Below are positions 11,233-23,583 of a DNA stretch of 41,025 bases, one piece after another. The translations under genes were made by a program, and so were the position numbers. Position 1 is the first letter of the stretch, and every line of letters begins with the position of its first letter. The stretch is from Psammoneis japonica (Eukaryota). Location of the stretch: positions 1 through 41,025 of the forward strand of contig QPGO01000360.1 in the NCBI GenBank assembly GCA_008632985.1. Reading direction: 5' to 3'. The notes under the pieces were generated by a model. It was not told the origin of the DNA. It saw only the letters and a program-made list of their open reading frames with translations, and made no database searches.

Positions 11233-11679
11233 CACCGCATCCACGGATTCACCAGGCAAAATTGGCAAAAGTCGGGTATGGCAAAAAGTGTGCATTTGGT
11301 CAAAATCGATCATTGAGTGCAAATGGTGGTGTCTTTAGGGTCTCTTTAGTGAGCCGAACACGCACATTTCTCATTTGACCATCACAGGTCCGTCTCATGG
11401 GGGGTGTCAAAACGTCGTGCTTTGACGCGTCTCGAGGATTAATCGTTATATAATGTATACAGCCATTAAGGTTATATAAAATTGAAAATTCACACATTAA
11501 AGCACGACGTTTTGACATCCCCCGTAAGACGACCTGTGATGGTCAGATAAGAAATGTGCGTCATCGGCTCACCAAAGGGACCCTAAAGACACCACCATTT
11601 GCACTCAACAATCGATTTTGACCAAATGCACACTTTTTGCCGCACCCGAGTGTTGCCTGGTGAATCCGTGGATGCGGTG
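11233..11679. mobile_element. MITE with ~190-bp inverted arms and TTAA target site (piggyBac-like)
   Basis: CACCGCATCCACGGATTCACCAGGCAA ... TTGCCTGGTGAATCCGTGGATGCGGTG; flanked by TCAA (11229-32) and TTAA (11680-83). Excision restores the host ORF. Confidence 0.88.
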
Positions 11680-11766
11680 TTAAATGAAGCTGAATCGATC
11701 AAAGAAGAGTCATCTGAAGCCTTTAAGTCTCCCTCAACCTCGCTCGAGATGTTATCGCTCATGTTG

Positions 11767-12879
11767 GGCGATCCAGGAAACTTCGAAGTTTCGAAAAATA
11801 TTTAAGAGATTCCTAATTCCTATCAAAATGTCTCTACGTGGACCTCGTGTAGGATGGACAAAAGCTTCGAACATTGTGAAATTTCTTTCTCTATTGCCCT
11901 TTATACTGCCCCAAAGAAAGTTCGAAGTGTTCGAAGTTGTTCGAAGTGTTCGAATACTTCGAACACTTCGAAGTACTTCGAACACTTTCGAAGTTTCTAA
12001 TTCATAATAAATAAAAGTAAGGCAGGGAGACGAATGATGATGTCACGATGACATCTGTAGCCGAATGATGTACTTACTGCTGGTAGTACAACACGCGCGA
12101 TGCGGTACCGGTATGACATCTCACGTTGTTGTTTTGTGCTCTCTTCTACTCGAGTCTCGAGCATCTACCGGCATCAATGAGATGATGAGATACGGTACGT
12201 ACAATCGAAGCGACAAGTACAGGCAGCTACGAGATGATGTACTACAAGCTTATTACGCGCGCTTGTGGCTCAGAGTAGGCCTACGTAGGTTTTCTACGCC
12301 AAAGCACGACAAAACAACACGTGAATCCTTTGCCGTCGTTCATTTGTCAACCACGAAGAATTACCAATCCAATGAGACATATATGATCCGCAAGTACCTC
12401 ATTGATATAGCTGTACCCAAATGGCTTGGTAACTATTCCGGGTGGGCCCGAACTCGTTCGACGGAACGTGTCATCGTGGTGGTGTCGCGTGCCAAAAATC
12501 GGTGGTTGTCAATTCGTAATGATATATAAATGACTAAATAAATAATTAAAATTCAACTTGTTCGAACACTTCGAACTTGTTCGAATAAGTTCGAACTTTG
12601 TTCGAATAAGTTCGAAGTGACCAAAAGGGCAATATGAAAAGTTCGAAGAATAAGTGACTCAAATCAAAATCTTTGGAGGGCAATATGTTTGCGACAAAAC
12701 TTCGAACACTTCGAACAATATTCGAAAGCTTCGAACACACAACATATTTGTTCGAACTTTTATCTATTGCCCCTTGTTTATAAAGTACCAACAACCTACG
12801 AGCTCTGCACGTAGAATAATTTGCAGAAATGTCATGGAATATGGAATCTTTCGAAGTCTTCGAAGTTTCCTGGATCTCC
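11767..12879. mobile_element. Non-autonomous TIR element with subterminal TTCGAA arrays and 3-bp TSD (PIF/Harbinger-like)
   Basis: GGCGATCCAGGAAACTTCGAAG at left is the inverse of CTTCGAAGTTTCCTGGATCTCC at right. TTG flanks both ends. Dense TTCGAA repeats at ~11780-11995 and ~12560-12865. Confidence 0.7.
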
Positions 12880-13275
12880 TTGAATCACTTATGTGTTATT
12901 TTATGTGCAAATCATACTAGAGTCTACGTGAAGAAATCGCTGTCGATCGCTGAAACTCGCAAAAAATCATCGTTCTGTTCTTCAGAATTCTCGTTGGGTG
13001 ACATCCAAATTCGCATCGGCCAAAAAAAAAAAAGTCTTGTCCGGGAGTTGGTTTGGCTGGATAATACGATCAAATATCAAATTGGAAAAAAATATTCAGA
13101 AAAAATGAACCGCACACCGCACCCCCAGTTTGATTTGGCTGTGGGTTGCTATGTATTGTTGATTGATTGAACATGAGTAGGGATGGTGCGTTCATTCAGG
13201 GCAAGGTTCAGGGCTTCATTGGCGAATGTGTTTCGCGTGATCGCCACCTTGCAGTAGATTGCACATTTTTGACTA

Positions 13276-14930
13276 ATGGCCATGTGGGTGCTTGCTCTTT
13301 GTTTGTTCGCAACAGTTGCTGGTTTGCGCTCATGCTTGCTCTTGGCTCTGGGATTTGCTTTTCTTGTTGGGGCTGATGCTGCTATAAGCGACAGAAACGA
13401 AGCTTGCACAAACGAGTACCTTTGTTTAGGATCCAATTCTGAGTACATTATAAGTTTCTTGCGTGAAGGAGAATGCAGGCAGGGATGCTATTCACAAGAT
13501 GCACTAGCGCAAAACAATGAACTGTTCGACTGGTCGTGTGGTCCCTGCCCAACATTGACACAGAGTCAACAGAAAGCGCGCAGTCTGAGCGTCCTCAGCA
13601 AGGAAGAGTTACTGGCAGAACAAGCCAAAGTTCTATCGATTGATTGGGAATGGGTCGTTTTTAAATACTTCTCGGTGGATAACCTTCCGAGAGGGACCGC
13701 ACCGACGTTATCGGTACGAGCTGTCGTTGACCAAGAGCCTGACATTAAATTTTCCCGTGACAGACTCATTTCATCTTACTCCTACCCTGCGGGAGACGCA
13801 AGTTCATACTGGGTAGGGTTTGTAGCTTACCCCTACGACTCTGCTTCTTCACTCGAAGTGACTGTCAATAGCCAGGATGGAGATATCCTTGTCCAGGAGC
13901 AGGTGGTGTTTCCAACTATGTACGATGAATGGACTGATGTCACTATCGACAAGGATGGAATTCAAATCAACATGTCAGTTAGGAGAAGTAACACGCCAAT
14001 TGTTTCTTCAGATGAGCAAACTGCCATGGAAGCGAGTATGACGGAGAAGCTCATTGATCTCGCGAACGGGGAGAAGGCGTCCTTAGCCTACAAGATTAAT
14101 GACCCTGTGAATACCAAGGCGGTTCTATACTTTCCTGGGCGCTTTGATTCCTTCGGTCAGCCTCATTTGCTCGAGACCTATGCATCTCGAGGGTTCGATT
14201 TCTACACACTTGATCCACGGAGGTGCGGCCGGGTTGCTCAGTTTCTTGACGACCCCCACTATATGAACTCCTTGAAAAGCTTTGACGAATATAGGGAAGA
14301 GATTGACTACACCATGGAATTTATTCGGAGCCAAAAGAGCTACACTACAATTCTAACACATGGCTTTTCGACAGGAGCGCTGGCTGCTCTGAACTATAGA
14401 ATGCTTCTGGAAGAAGAGTCCGACGTTGACCCCTTTGACGGATACATTCTGGAGAGTCCCTTGCTTGATTGGGGATACGTTACGTCCATGGAAGAATTTG
14501 GGTTAGAGAATGCTGAGATTGCTCGCCTTGTTTATGGGGACATTGCCAGAGAGGCAACCGGGGTGTCGAGTTTTTCAACTTTCAACTGGATCCTCTACCG
14601 CCAAGCTGTAAATTGGAAGACGCTCATTGACGGACATACAACGTTTGATTATGCAGAAGCATGCACTACTGTGATGGAAAAGATAAACAGTCGATTCTGG
14701 CTCTTTTGGGGAGCGCAATCACGGGGAAACCTGTCCTTTCCCTCACCTCTCAAGGTGATGATGTCGTGATCCCCGAAGAAACTATTGAACGATTGCGCAA
14801 TATTTCAAGAGATGTCGAGTCAGTGATGTTGGAATACAATAATCATGCTTTGTTCAAGTCATTCACAAGGGCGATGACCGATGATGCAATCCATGCGACC
14901 GCGTCGTGGCTCGACCGCAGGTTCGGCTAG
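13276..14930 (+). CDS. Secreted alpha/beta hydrolase (lysophospholipase / serine aminopeptidase S33-like); 1-nt frameshift ~14700
   Basis: Hydrophobic N-terminus, VLYFPGRFDSF, DPRRCG, nucleophile elbow HGFSTG, ILESPLLDW; C-terminal GDDVV and NHALF lie in ORF 14661..14930. Confidence 0.8.
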
Positions 14931-15122
14931 AGCAGCCAAGTTGATTGTTTTAGTTTGCAGTCGCGTTGGTCGAACATGAAAGCAAGCAACTGCTGTCTAC
15001 TCTATAGCATAGCTATGTACAGTAGAGAGAAAAGTGACTACTACTAGAAGTGCTGTCTGATAGCAGAGAGGGAACAAAGTAGACTACATAAAGGTATCGA
15101 CGGTGTTACCGGTCGGTAGCTA

Positions 15123-15864
15123 CAAGTAAAAAACCGGTCTGTCCTCTGCCTTTTGGCATCTGTGTAAAAGTCGATTTTGTTTCCAAAATCGATTCGCTTT
15201 TCACTGTGCAATGCTTCTTACGTCTTCTAACATTGTCAATTGACGTGCTCCTATGCCTGTATTTGCCAGGTTCACGGTTCTGAACACCATTGTTACTATC
15301 GCAAGAAGGGCCTTTTTTCGTTCCAAGAGGACAGACCGGTCGTCAGTAGATTTCTACGTGGCAACATACCGAGAAATTTACACAGTTCTTTTTTTGCATC
15401 CTTCGTCAATCGCTTAGCCATTATCTCTCGCAAGGGCAGAATGGCAAGTCCATAATACACACTCGTATCGAATAATGCGGGTCCATAAGCTCTCCTTCGT
15501 TGTTGTTTTGCCTTATTACTCGCATTTCGTATGCAGGCATTTGTCACGAATTGGAAATGGACATGTAAAAAACATCCATCAATGAGGATAATTAATGATA
15601 GAAAATCTGTGTAAATTCTCAAACGGTAGATTTTTCTTAGAAAATGGCGATGTGCCGCTTTTGGCCCCAATTGTGCCATGATGCAACACTCTTTTAGCCC
15701 GCTGTTTTCGCAAAGATCTCTGTTGACCTTCTGACCGATGCCAGCAGACAGGGTTTGCATGTGTGACAACGGGAAGCCCTTCTTAGAGTGGTTTTACACA
15801 GTTTGCTCTTGCAAGAGGACAGACCGGTCGGAAGAGGACAGACCGGTTTTTTACTTTTCGTATG
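15123..15864. mobile_element. Probable MITE with imperfect terminal inverted repeats
   Basis: AAGTAAAAAACCGGTCTGTCCTCT (~15124) is the inverse of AGAGGACAGACCGGTTTTTTACTT (~15833). The motif AGAGGACAGACCGGT recurs at ~15326 and ~15814. Confidence 0.6.
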
Positions 15865-16167
15865 TACAGTAGGTCTACAGTACTGTAGCGAGAAAAGTGA
15901 GCCCTACAGTACCTGCGCCTGCCCTACAGTATGTACGCGTATACGCCGGTATCATAGCCTTACGCACTCAACGTATGGCTACACTGTATGACATTCTTAT
16001 ACTGTATTCAGATATTGTTAAAACACATGACACGTCACAAGTGCCACCACACAACACATCATTTCATAACATTCCTTCTCTCTATCGGAAGAATCCATCG
16101 ACCATGACCTACCCCGTGACCGCCTTGGTGACCGCGACATGTGGTGTTCCCTGTTCATAGTATAGCC

Positions 16168-19100
16168 ATGACGATGGAAAACAGCAATAAGACTTACGCC
16201 TCGTCACCAAGCAAGGAAAAAGAATCTGGGACGAATAATAGTACTTCTGATTCTGAGTCCAGAGGCGTGGCGTCGGATCGGACCATTCTAGAATTCCAAG
16301 ACAGCGGTAGCATAAGCCACGACTTCTCAGTCAGTGCATTATCGGACGGATTTCGCTCTAGCAGCAAAGAAACCTTGGTTTCCTCAAAACGGCTATCTTA
16401 TCAATTTCGTAAGCCATCAGATCGGAAAGTTAACAGTCTCGACGGGTTCACAATTAATCGGCTCAATTTCGGGAATTCGATTTTATGGACGCGACACCGA
16501 AATCAAACAACTCAATGAGGCGCTAGATTCTATAGAGAATAAAAAACAATTGGTGCTGCTAGCCGGATATTCCGGTACGGGAAAGACGGCACTGGCCAAG
16601 ACTTTGCAGCATCGTGTGAACAAATTGAAAGGCTTGTATGTGGAAGGCAAATTTGACCTAAACTTGCGCAACGAACCCTACTCGGCCTTGGCACATGTTT
16701 GTGGGGCAATTTGCGCCCGAGTCCTGTCTCTTGAACATGAGTCGTCTGATACCTTTCGTACGATTCTCACTTCGATTGAAGAAGGTCTAGGCCCTGAACT
16801 TGAAGTGCTGCTCCGAGTGTTTCCCATCTTGGAAGAATTAGGGAGTGTTTCCGCCAAGCATTATGATGCTCAGAATCCAGTGGACGCCAAGAAAAGACTC
16901 AACTATGCCTTTTGTCGATTAATACGAATCGTTGTGCATTTTTTTAAGCCGTTTGTTATGGTCTTGGATGATTTGCAGTGGGCTGATGCACCCTCACTTG
17001 ATCTGTTGGATGCCATATTGATGGACCGTGACATGCAGATGTTAGTTGTTGGGATTTATCGATCAAATGAGGTCAACGAAACGCACATGTTGTCGAGCAA
17101 CCTTCGAGACTGGCGGATCCGTTCGAAAATAGGCGATGTATTTTCTATTCGAGAGATCAATGTCGGAAATCTCGACTTTGAAGCTGTACACAAGTTTGTC
17201 AATGACATTCTGTCCACTTCTGATACACAAACCCTCGGATTGGCATCGCTGTGCCAAAAACGGACTCATGGCAACGTGTTTTTTCTCACTCATTTCCTAC
17301 GTCTTTTGCATCGCGATCAGTTGTTGCAGTACAACTTTGGTACACTCAAGTGGACCTGGGATCTGCATGAAATTGAATTAAAGACCAAGGCAAGTGAGAA
17401 CGTTGTTGACTTGCTGTTGCAAAAAATGCACGGATTGCCAAGCGATCAGAGTGAGATTCTTCGAGTCGCCGCTTGTTTGGGTGCAACCTTTGAAGAAGAT
17501 ACCTTGATCTTGCTGTTAGGCGAGCTGCGCGGAGGCATAGAAGCAAGAGAGGATAATACGGATGAAATTAAGAGCGCGCTGAAAGCACTAGTGGTTGAAG
17601 GCTACCTTCATGAGGAGGAAGGGACTAAATACACTTTTTCGCATGACAAGGTCGAAGAGGCCGCCTCGCTTCTCACACCTACAGAGGCTGGTCGTCATGT
17701 CTTCCACCAGGAGGTTGGTCAGACATTGTTGACTTCTTTACGTCCGAAGGATTTGGAATCAGCTGTTTTCATTGTGGTGAATCTGTTGAATGAAGGCGAC
17801 TTGCCTGTTGACGAAGCGAAACGAGCCGATCTCGCTCAACTGAATCGTCGAGCATGCACTAAAGCCATGACCGTTTCTGCTTTCGAAGCAGCTAGCAACT
17901 ATGCCTCAAAAGGGATTGCTCTATTGGGAGATGCCCCCTTTAAAAACGACTGCGACCTTGCTCTGGATCTCTTCTCAACTGGCGCCGCAGCGGAAAGTTG
18001 CCTTGGTAACACGGAAAGAATGGAAGCCTACTGCCAAGCTGTCATGCAAGAGACTGCTCTGCCCATCAAGGACAAGCTTCGAGTCTATACGACTTGGCTG
18101 GATAGCCTGGCGAATCGGGGACACATGGAAGCGGCGGCTAAGGAGACACTGCGTCTCTTGGAAGAGTTTGGTATTCGCTTTCCGCGTAGTAGAACGATGC
18201 AGTCTTTACGCACCCTGACTAACATCATGAAGGTCAAGAAGGCTGCCACCAAGGGTAGCTTGCTTCAAGATGTCTTGGCACTCCCTGTCGAAAAGGATCC
18301 GACTAGGATCAAACTGCTTCATTTGATGGATCGCCTTTCGGTCTATCTCTTTATTTCACATGATGAGCTTATGCCCCTGGTGATGTTTCGCAATTTGAAT
18401 GGACGCTCAAGTATGGTAGAAACGATGTGACTCCCACCGCGTTGACTACCTTGGGGATTATCTTTGCAGGCATCTTGGGTGATCTGCAGTTGGGGGCTGA
18501 GTTTGCCCAGACAGCTCTGAAACTTATCCCAAGTCTTCACCTCTAATCGAGTCGCGGACTCTTTTTGTCGCCCACGGCTTTGTAGTGCCGTGGACTCAAC
18601 CCATGCGTAACCAGCTTAAACCTTTACAGCGAGCTTACGAGTCAGGGCTGTGTTCCGGCGACGCGGAGAGTGCGTGTTGGGCGATTTATGCGTTTTATCA
18701 TATGCGATACTTGACAAGCTTTTCCTTGGATTTGTGTATTGCCGACGTTGAAACTTACATGCCGCAAATGAAGGACTTGAATCAAGTCGTCACCTACCGC
18801 AGTACAGTGGTGAATTACCAAATTTTATGAATTTGGCGGGACGCTCCGAAACAGACCCGCTGTCTTGGTAGGAGAATATTGCATAGCCGAGAACCATAAG
18901 GCTTGGTTGGCTGAAGATCCTTTTTATGAACACCATTGTCGCATCTGGATTGTTACGTTCGACACTATACGGGGAACACGAAGAGTGTGCAAAGCTTGCT
19001 GTCAAATACGGACCGAACGCTACTGTGAAATCGAACCCTGGCGCTTTTTCGATGAGCCTCTTTGAAATCATCACTAAAGGGGTATCTTCCTTTATATCCG

Positions 19101-19511
19101 CACGCCAGACAGGAAAGAAGGCTTACCGCAAGATTGCAATACTATTCGGAAGCGAATCAAGGATTGGATCGACAAGGCAATCCCAATGTTACTCATTTCG
19201 ATGCTTTCTTTGATGCAGAATTTGCCGCTCTAAAAGGCAAGAGCTTTGCTGCCATCAAGAGTTATCAAGTTGCCATCATAATTGCAGCACGTGGGGGGTT
19301 GTTGCTTGATGCTGGCTTGTTTTCAGAAGTTCTTGGGGAGTACTTGCTTGATCAGGGCAATGACACGGATGAAGCAACATTTAGGCTACAAGAAGCAATC
19401 AAATATTATGGAGAATTTGGAGCAAAGCGTAAAGTCGAAATGATTGAAAGGAAGCACCGCGAACTTTGGCCCAAGCCTTTGGTCGTAATGGCCATAGAGA
19501 CGGCGCAGTAG
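16168..19511 (+). CDS. COG3899-like P-loop ATPase (AAA_16) with helical/TPR-like C-terminus; several 1-nt frameshifts
   Basis: YGRDTE, Walker A GYSGTGKT, GKFD, Walker B VLDDLQWAD, YRSNEV, THGNVFF, FSHDKVEEAA; C-terminal EAIKYYGEFGAKRKV. Pieced together from ORFs 16141-19511. Confidence 0.85.
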
Positions 19512-19887
19512 CAGTTTTATGTAGCTAGCTGAGCACACATATTTTCCCTGAATTGTAATCACTACTTGGGGGGTTCTTTGTTCTCTTTCAACAGCAGCGT
19601 ATGATACCGGTATATACCGGTATAGATTCTTCTTGCTAGCTACCGGTACTATGGAGGCTTGCTCTCGACCAGTTTCAGGCGGAAATCGCTCGGTACCTCC
19701 GTAAGTATCCACCACATTTGATAACTTTCGAGCTCTACCATTATGACTGTCAGCAGAAGTGGGATAACTGCTTTTAAAGAGTTAAAACATTCGCGAGAAA
19801 CAGGTGGAAGAAAATGCGTCATGGCCGTGCGCGTCAAGAGCGAGTATCTGAGGACAGAATGAGACATAGACTGTTAAACAACGTACG

Positions 19888-20893
19888 TTATGATAATTTC
19901 CGAATCAAGCGTTGCTGTTGTATCGCAAGTGAGGTTAACCATTCCAAGGCGGCACGAACATTTCTTCCCGTCTTGGCTGATCCCACAAATTGCCCAACCA
20001 GCGGACTTAGCTCTACGGGCATGATTGTAGTAGAATTCTCGTTGCAGTTGCAAAACACCAAGATTGGTGTTTCTTCATTGGGCAGTTCCTTGCGTAAAAT
20101 GTTAATGAGAGATGTAGGTTGTTCTTTGTTGGGAACACAAATAATCACAGCATCCGCGTCGGCATAGTACTTGGGCCAAATGTCCCTCATTTTGCCACCC
20201 AAATCCCAAAAGTGACACTTTGCACCACAAATGTCGACACGTGCCAAGTTCATACCAACTATAGCATAGAAAACAAATAAGAAAACAATATTAAGTTGTT
20301 ATGGCTTTGTTCTGAAATCAAATCATCTTCAGAAAGCAAACTACTTACTTGTTGGTCTGATTTTGTCCAGAGACAGCATATGGGCGCCTTTTTTCAAGTC
20401 ATACTCTTGTTCCTCCTCTTCCTGTGGAGCATTATTTGCCGCAAAACCGTTTGAAGTATCGTTTCCTTCGTCAATTGGAATGTCCTCCATACTACTCGAC
20501 CAGCTCGCAGTTCTCTTTGAAGTGCGGTGGTTATTGCTGTTGTTTGCTTTCACCAATTTTCCTCTTCATCATCATCATCATCATCCTCCAGTTTGACTGC
20601 ATATTTTGCTGGTGCTGGGCACAGTCGTCTCCTTAGTGGTTGTCGTTTTGGTGGTTCTGCTGGCTCGTTGGGAACAGCGTCTTGTGCTTGTGGTTGGCTC
20701 GTACTCCTACTACTCTCCTCCTGAGAAGAAGCAACAGCAAGAGTCAAGTCATTGATTGTTTTTCTAGAGAATTCCGTCACTTTGATGCGTTCCAACAGTG
20801 TCGATTTTCCTACACCTTCATTGCCAATCACAAGAATATTCAATTGACTTGGCGCCCAATACCGTTGATACAAACCCGACGCTAACTAAACAT
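19888..20893 (-). CDS. ARFRP1: ARF-related small GTPase (ARFRP1-like) with long insert; intron 20259-20348
   Basis: MFSLASGLY N-terminus (after 1-nt correction), GNEGVGKST, RPT|IGMN across a GTAAGT...TAG intron, WDLGG, WPKYYADADA, SAKTG. Confidence 0.8.
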
Positions 20894-21059
20894 GGTAACC
20901 TCAACGGAAGCAAGAAAAAATTTCTGCTGATTTCAGAAATGACTGCAGGGAAAACATGATAACGGCAAATTAACGGATAGAGCTCGAAGAGCTTGCAAAT
21001 CTTTCGACTTTCGAATCATCGTCTTGCTCAAGAATCCTCCCCCAGCCCGAACATCATTG

Positions 21060-22600
21060 TAGTTTCAATCTGGAGACAACCTGGTGGGCCACACCATCTG
21101 CCACCTGGGGCTTCCAGCGATCTCAGATGTCTCCAATAAAACAGGGCTGTGGCACCAGAGGCATCCGCAGAGGTGCGGGCTGGCTGTGCACAACGTCCCT
21201 CTCTCTCCCCGCTTTGTTTTCTGCCTTTGATTGTCTCCTCCTCTGGAGCAAGCTTTGACACAACAAGGCAGGATCCAGGCCACACTTGAGAGTGTAAAAC
21301 ATGTACCAGGAAGTGATTCAAAGGGTGTGTGCCAGCATCTCAATGAACTGACAGAAAAAACTTGGCTGCAACACGAGGACCCTCTGCCCTTCGGAGCTGG
21401 CAGGAGGGAGCGGAGTGCAGCAAAGCTCTGTCAGGGGGGATTTTTTGACATTTGACACTTTTGTGGGTGTCTGGTTGTGCAGAATGTGACCAACTTTGTG
21501 CAATGATGGCACCACAAGTGTTCCGTGCTGTGTGGCTGGGAGTCCTCCACACCCCTCCTGTTTGTGAAATTTTCATGCCAAGAAAGACATGCTCCAGCTG
21601 TGGATTGATGGGGCATGCAAAAAAACATGTGTGCATGCACCCAAAATTTTTGCATGGTCACCAACTTGGGATCAAAGTTGTGAGTGGAGAGCATTGTTTC
21701 ATCCATTTGGAATTGTCTTGATGCACCAAGCAGCAGCAACAAGACCCGCTGCACGCAGCGCACCAAACAAGCACAGAGCGGCTCCTCATTTCTCCCATTT
21801 TCATTCTTGAGCCAAGGGTGGGGGGAGGCATGTCCCAGGTTTGTCCAAAATTGCCATTGTGATGTTCAACAAGGCCACCACAAGTGCTCATTTTTGAACA
21901 CAAAAATTGTTCTCATTTGTGCTCAATCTTGCACAAAAATGGGACACTGGGTGTGGCACATTGATGACGGCAGTCATTGATCTTTTTCAAAAATGCAGTT
22001 GTCCAGTGTGGGACTCCAAATGCATGATGTTGATCACTCAACACAGGAGAGCACAATTTTAAAGCAAGTCTCATGCTGGCATGCCTTTGCAGCACAAACT
22101 TGTTGTGGCTTGTGTTTTTCCCCTAGACAAAGCCCGGTGAAAAAGTCAGAAAAACCATGCAAAACATGAGCTGTCTGGCCAGCCAAGCTCAAGCCAAAAA
22201 AATTTGCATGCATCTCAACACAGAGGTTTGTTGAACTTGAGAGCCAAGTCTTGTTCATTTTTGTGGTCATTTGGTGTGTCAACAAAAACTTGTGCACATG
22301 ATGCTGCAAACAATCAGTCGTTGCAGGGAGAGTCTGCAAAATAACACACAAATGTGAAGGCATGCTTTCTTGTGTTACACAAAAAGCACTTGGAGCCATT
22401 GACAAAAAGCTTTGTGCCATCAAAACTCACAAAAGAAACTTCACACACTGGGTGGCACTTGAGGCTCTGCACAGAGCAACAAGTGTCTCTTGCACAAGTC
22501 ACCATGGTCTGTGGTGTGTGGCTGTTTTTTTTGACAACTTCTTGAAGCTTTGCTGCTGCTTTGCAAGTGGCACCCAATCAACAATGTGAAGCAGATGTGA
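21060..22600. other. TpA- and CpG-depleted degenerate block, possibly DNA-transposon relics
   Basis: Abrupt switch to TG/CA-rich sequence. Weak VLHTPP...GHAKKHV resemblance to a Tc1/IS630 transposase C-terminus at ~21540-21630. Confidence 0.55.
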
Positions 22601-23583
22601 CACATGCTTTAAAGGAAATGACAGTGTACAGTGTTTTCCTCATGATTGCCAAAAAATGGACCTGTTGCATTCACAGCGTTTTGCCAGGTTTTTCATGCAT
22701 CACAGAGAGTTGGCAGCCAGATGAAGTCACCAAAGTGGATCTGCATGACACAGAAGCAACTGCAGAATGGGTCAACTTGGGTGCATCCTCAGACTCATTG
22801 GGATTCCTGGCATTCAAAGCTTGCAACGCAAGGCCCCACTGCAGTCTTCATCACAACGAACTCCAACCCAAAAGTGGAGGACTCTGTGATGTTCTGCCTC
22901 TTAGAGCAGTGCAAGATGGGTGCCCGCTGGATGAATGTCAGGATCCCAGTGTGGGACCTGCACACGTCACACGGCATCCAGTGTGATCAGCACTCACAAA
23001 ACAAGTGGCAGTCATGCTGTTCCCATGCACTTCCGGCACATTCAGCGGCAATGGTTCAGCCGTGCCGGGGCAGAATTCCTCTCAATCACATTTTGTGAAA
23101 TGACTCTCATCAAAGATGGGCTCAGTGTTGTCAAACATGCAAAAATGTGGAGCACCTCATCCAGATGTCCTGCTTGTGGTGCCACAAGGTGGGACAGCAA
23201 CAAAAATGTCAATGCATCCCACACTTCAAAACTGCCCATTGGAGCACCCCAACAAGACCTTGGTGACAGTTGACTGTTTTGGCATTCAACTCAGGTGAAC
23301 TGTCCAGTTCAGGTCTGTGTCCTGAGCTCAAGGGTGTTGATGCCTTTGTCAGAAGACACCTGTCAGTCTTCTTAACCTCTAGCTTGACATCAGCTAATGC
23401 CCTTTTGATGCACAAGTCAGAGGACATAGCCCAGCATGTCTTACCATCTGCATCAGACAACTGATGCTTTCTGATTTGTGCACCCAGGTGCTCTTCAGGT
23501 TCACAGACACTTCTGTCATTCAACGTGTACCTAGAGCTCATGTAATCCATGACCTTTTGGGGTTCATGGCCGATGCCAAGGAC
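22600..23583 (-). pseudogene. Relic RT/RNase H of a second Copia family
   Basis: VLGIGHEPQKVMDYMSSRYTL, EPEEHLGAQI, WAMSS, GHRPELDSSPEL, NCHQGLVGVLQWAV, HTGILTFIQRAPILHCSKRQNITESSTFGLEFVVMKTAV. Confidence 0.85.

Larger units (their letters stand above)
9743..11762 (-). pseudogene. Coiled-coil protein with C-terminal WW domain and poly-Pro tail; one intron (10100-10174); disrupted by a MITE
   Basis: Removing 11233-11679 plus one TTAA joins ATG 11762 (MSDNISSEVEG...SASFK|SEEADE) in frame to ORF 10124..11122. A GTGAGT...CAG intron joins this to LPHGWKEAKDPATGKSCCFNQLLGKTTWDR and stop 9743. Confidence 0.8.

Noticed and set aside
11780..12865. TTCGAA arrays as heat-shock elements or a CRISPR-like array
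   Set aside because: The spacing does not fit nGAAnnTTCn, and there are no unique spacers or cas genes. Their position inside TIRs fits subterminal transposon repeats.
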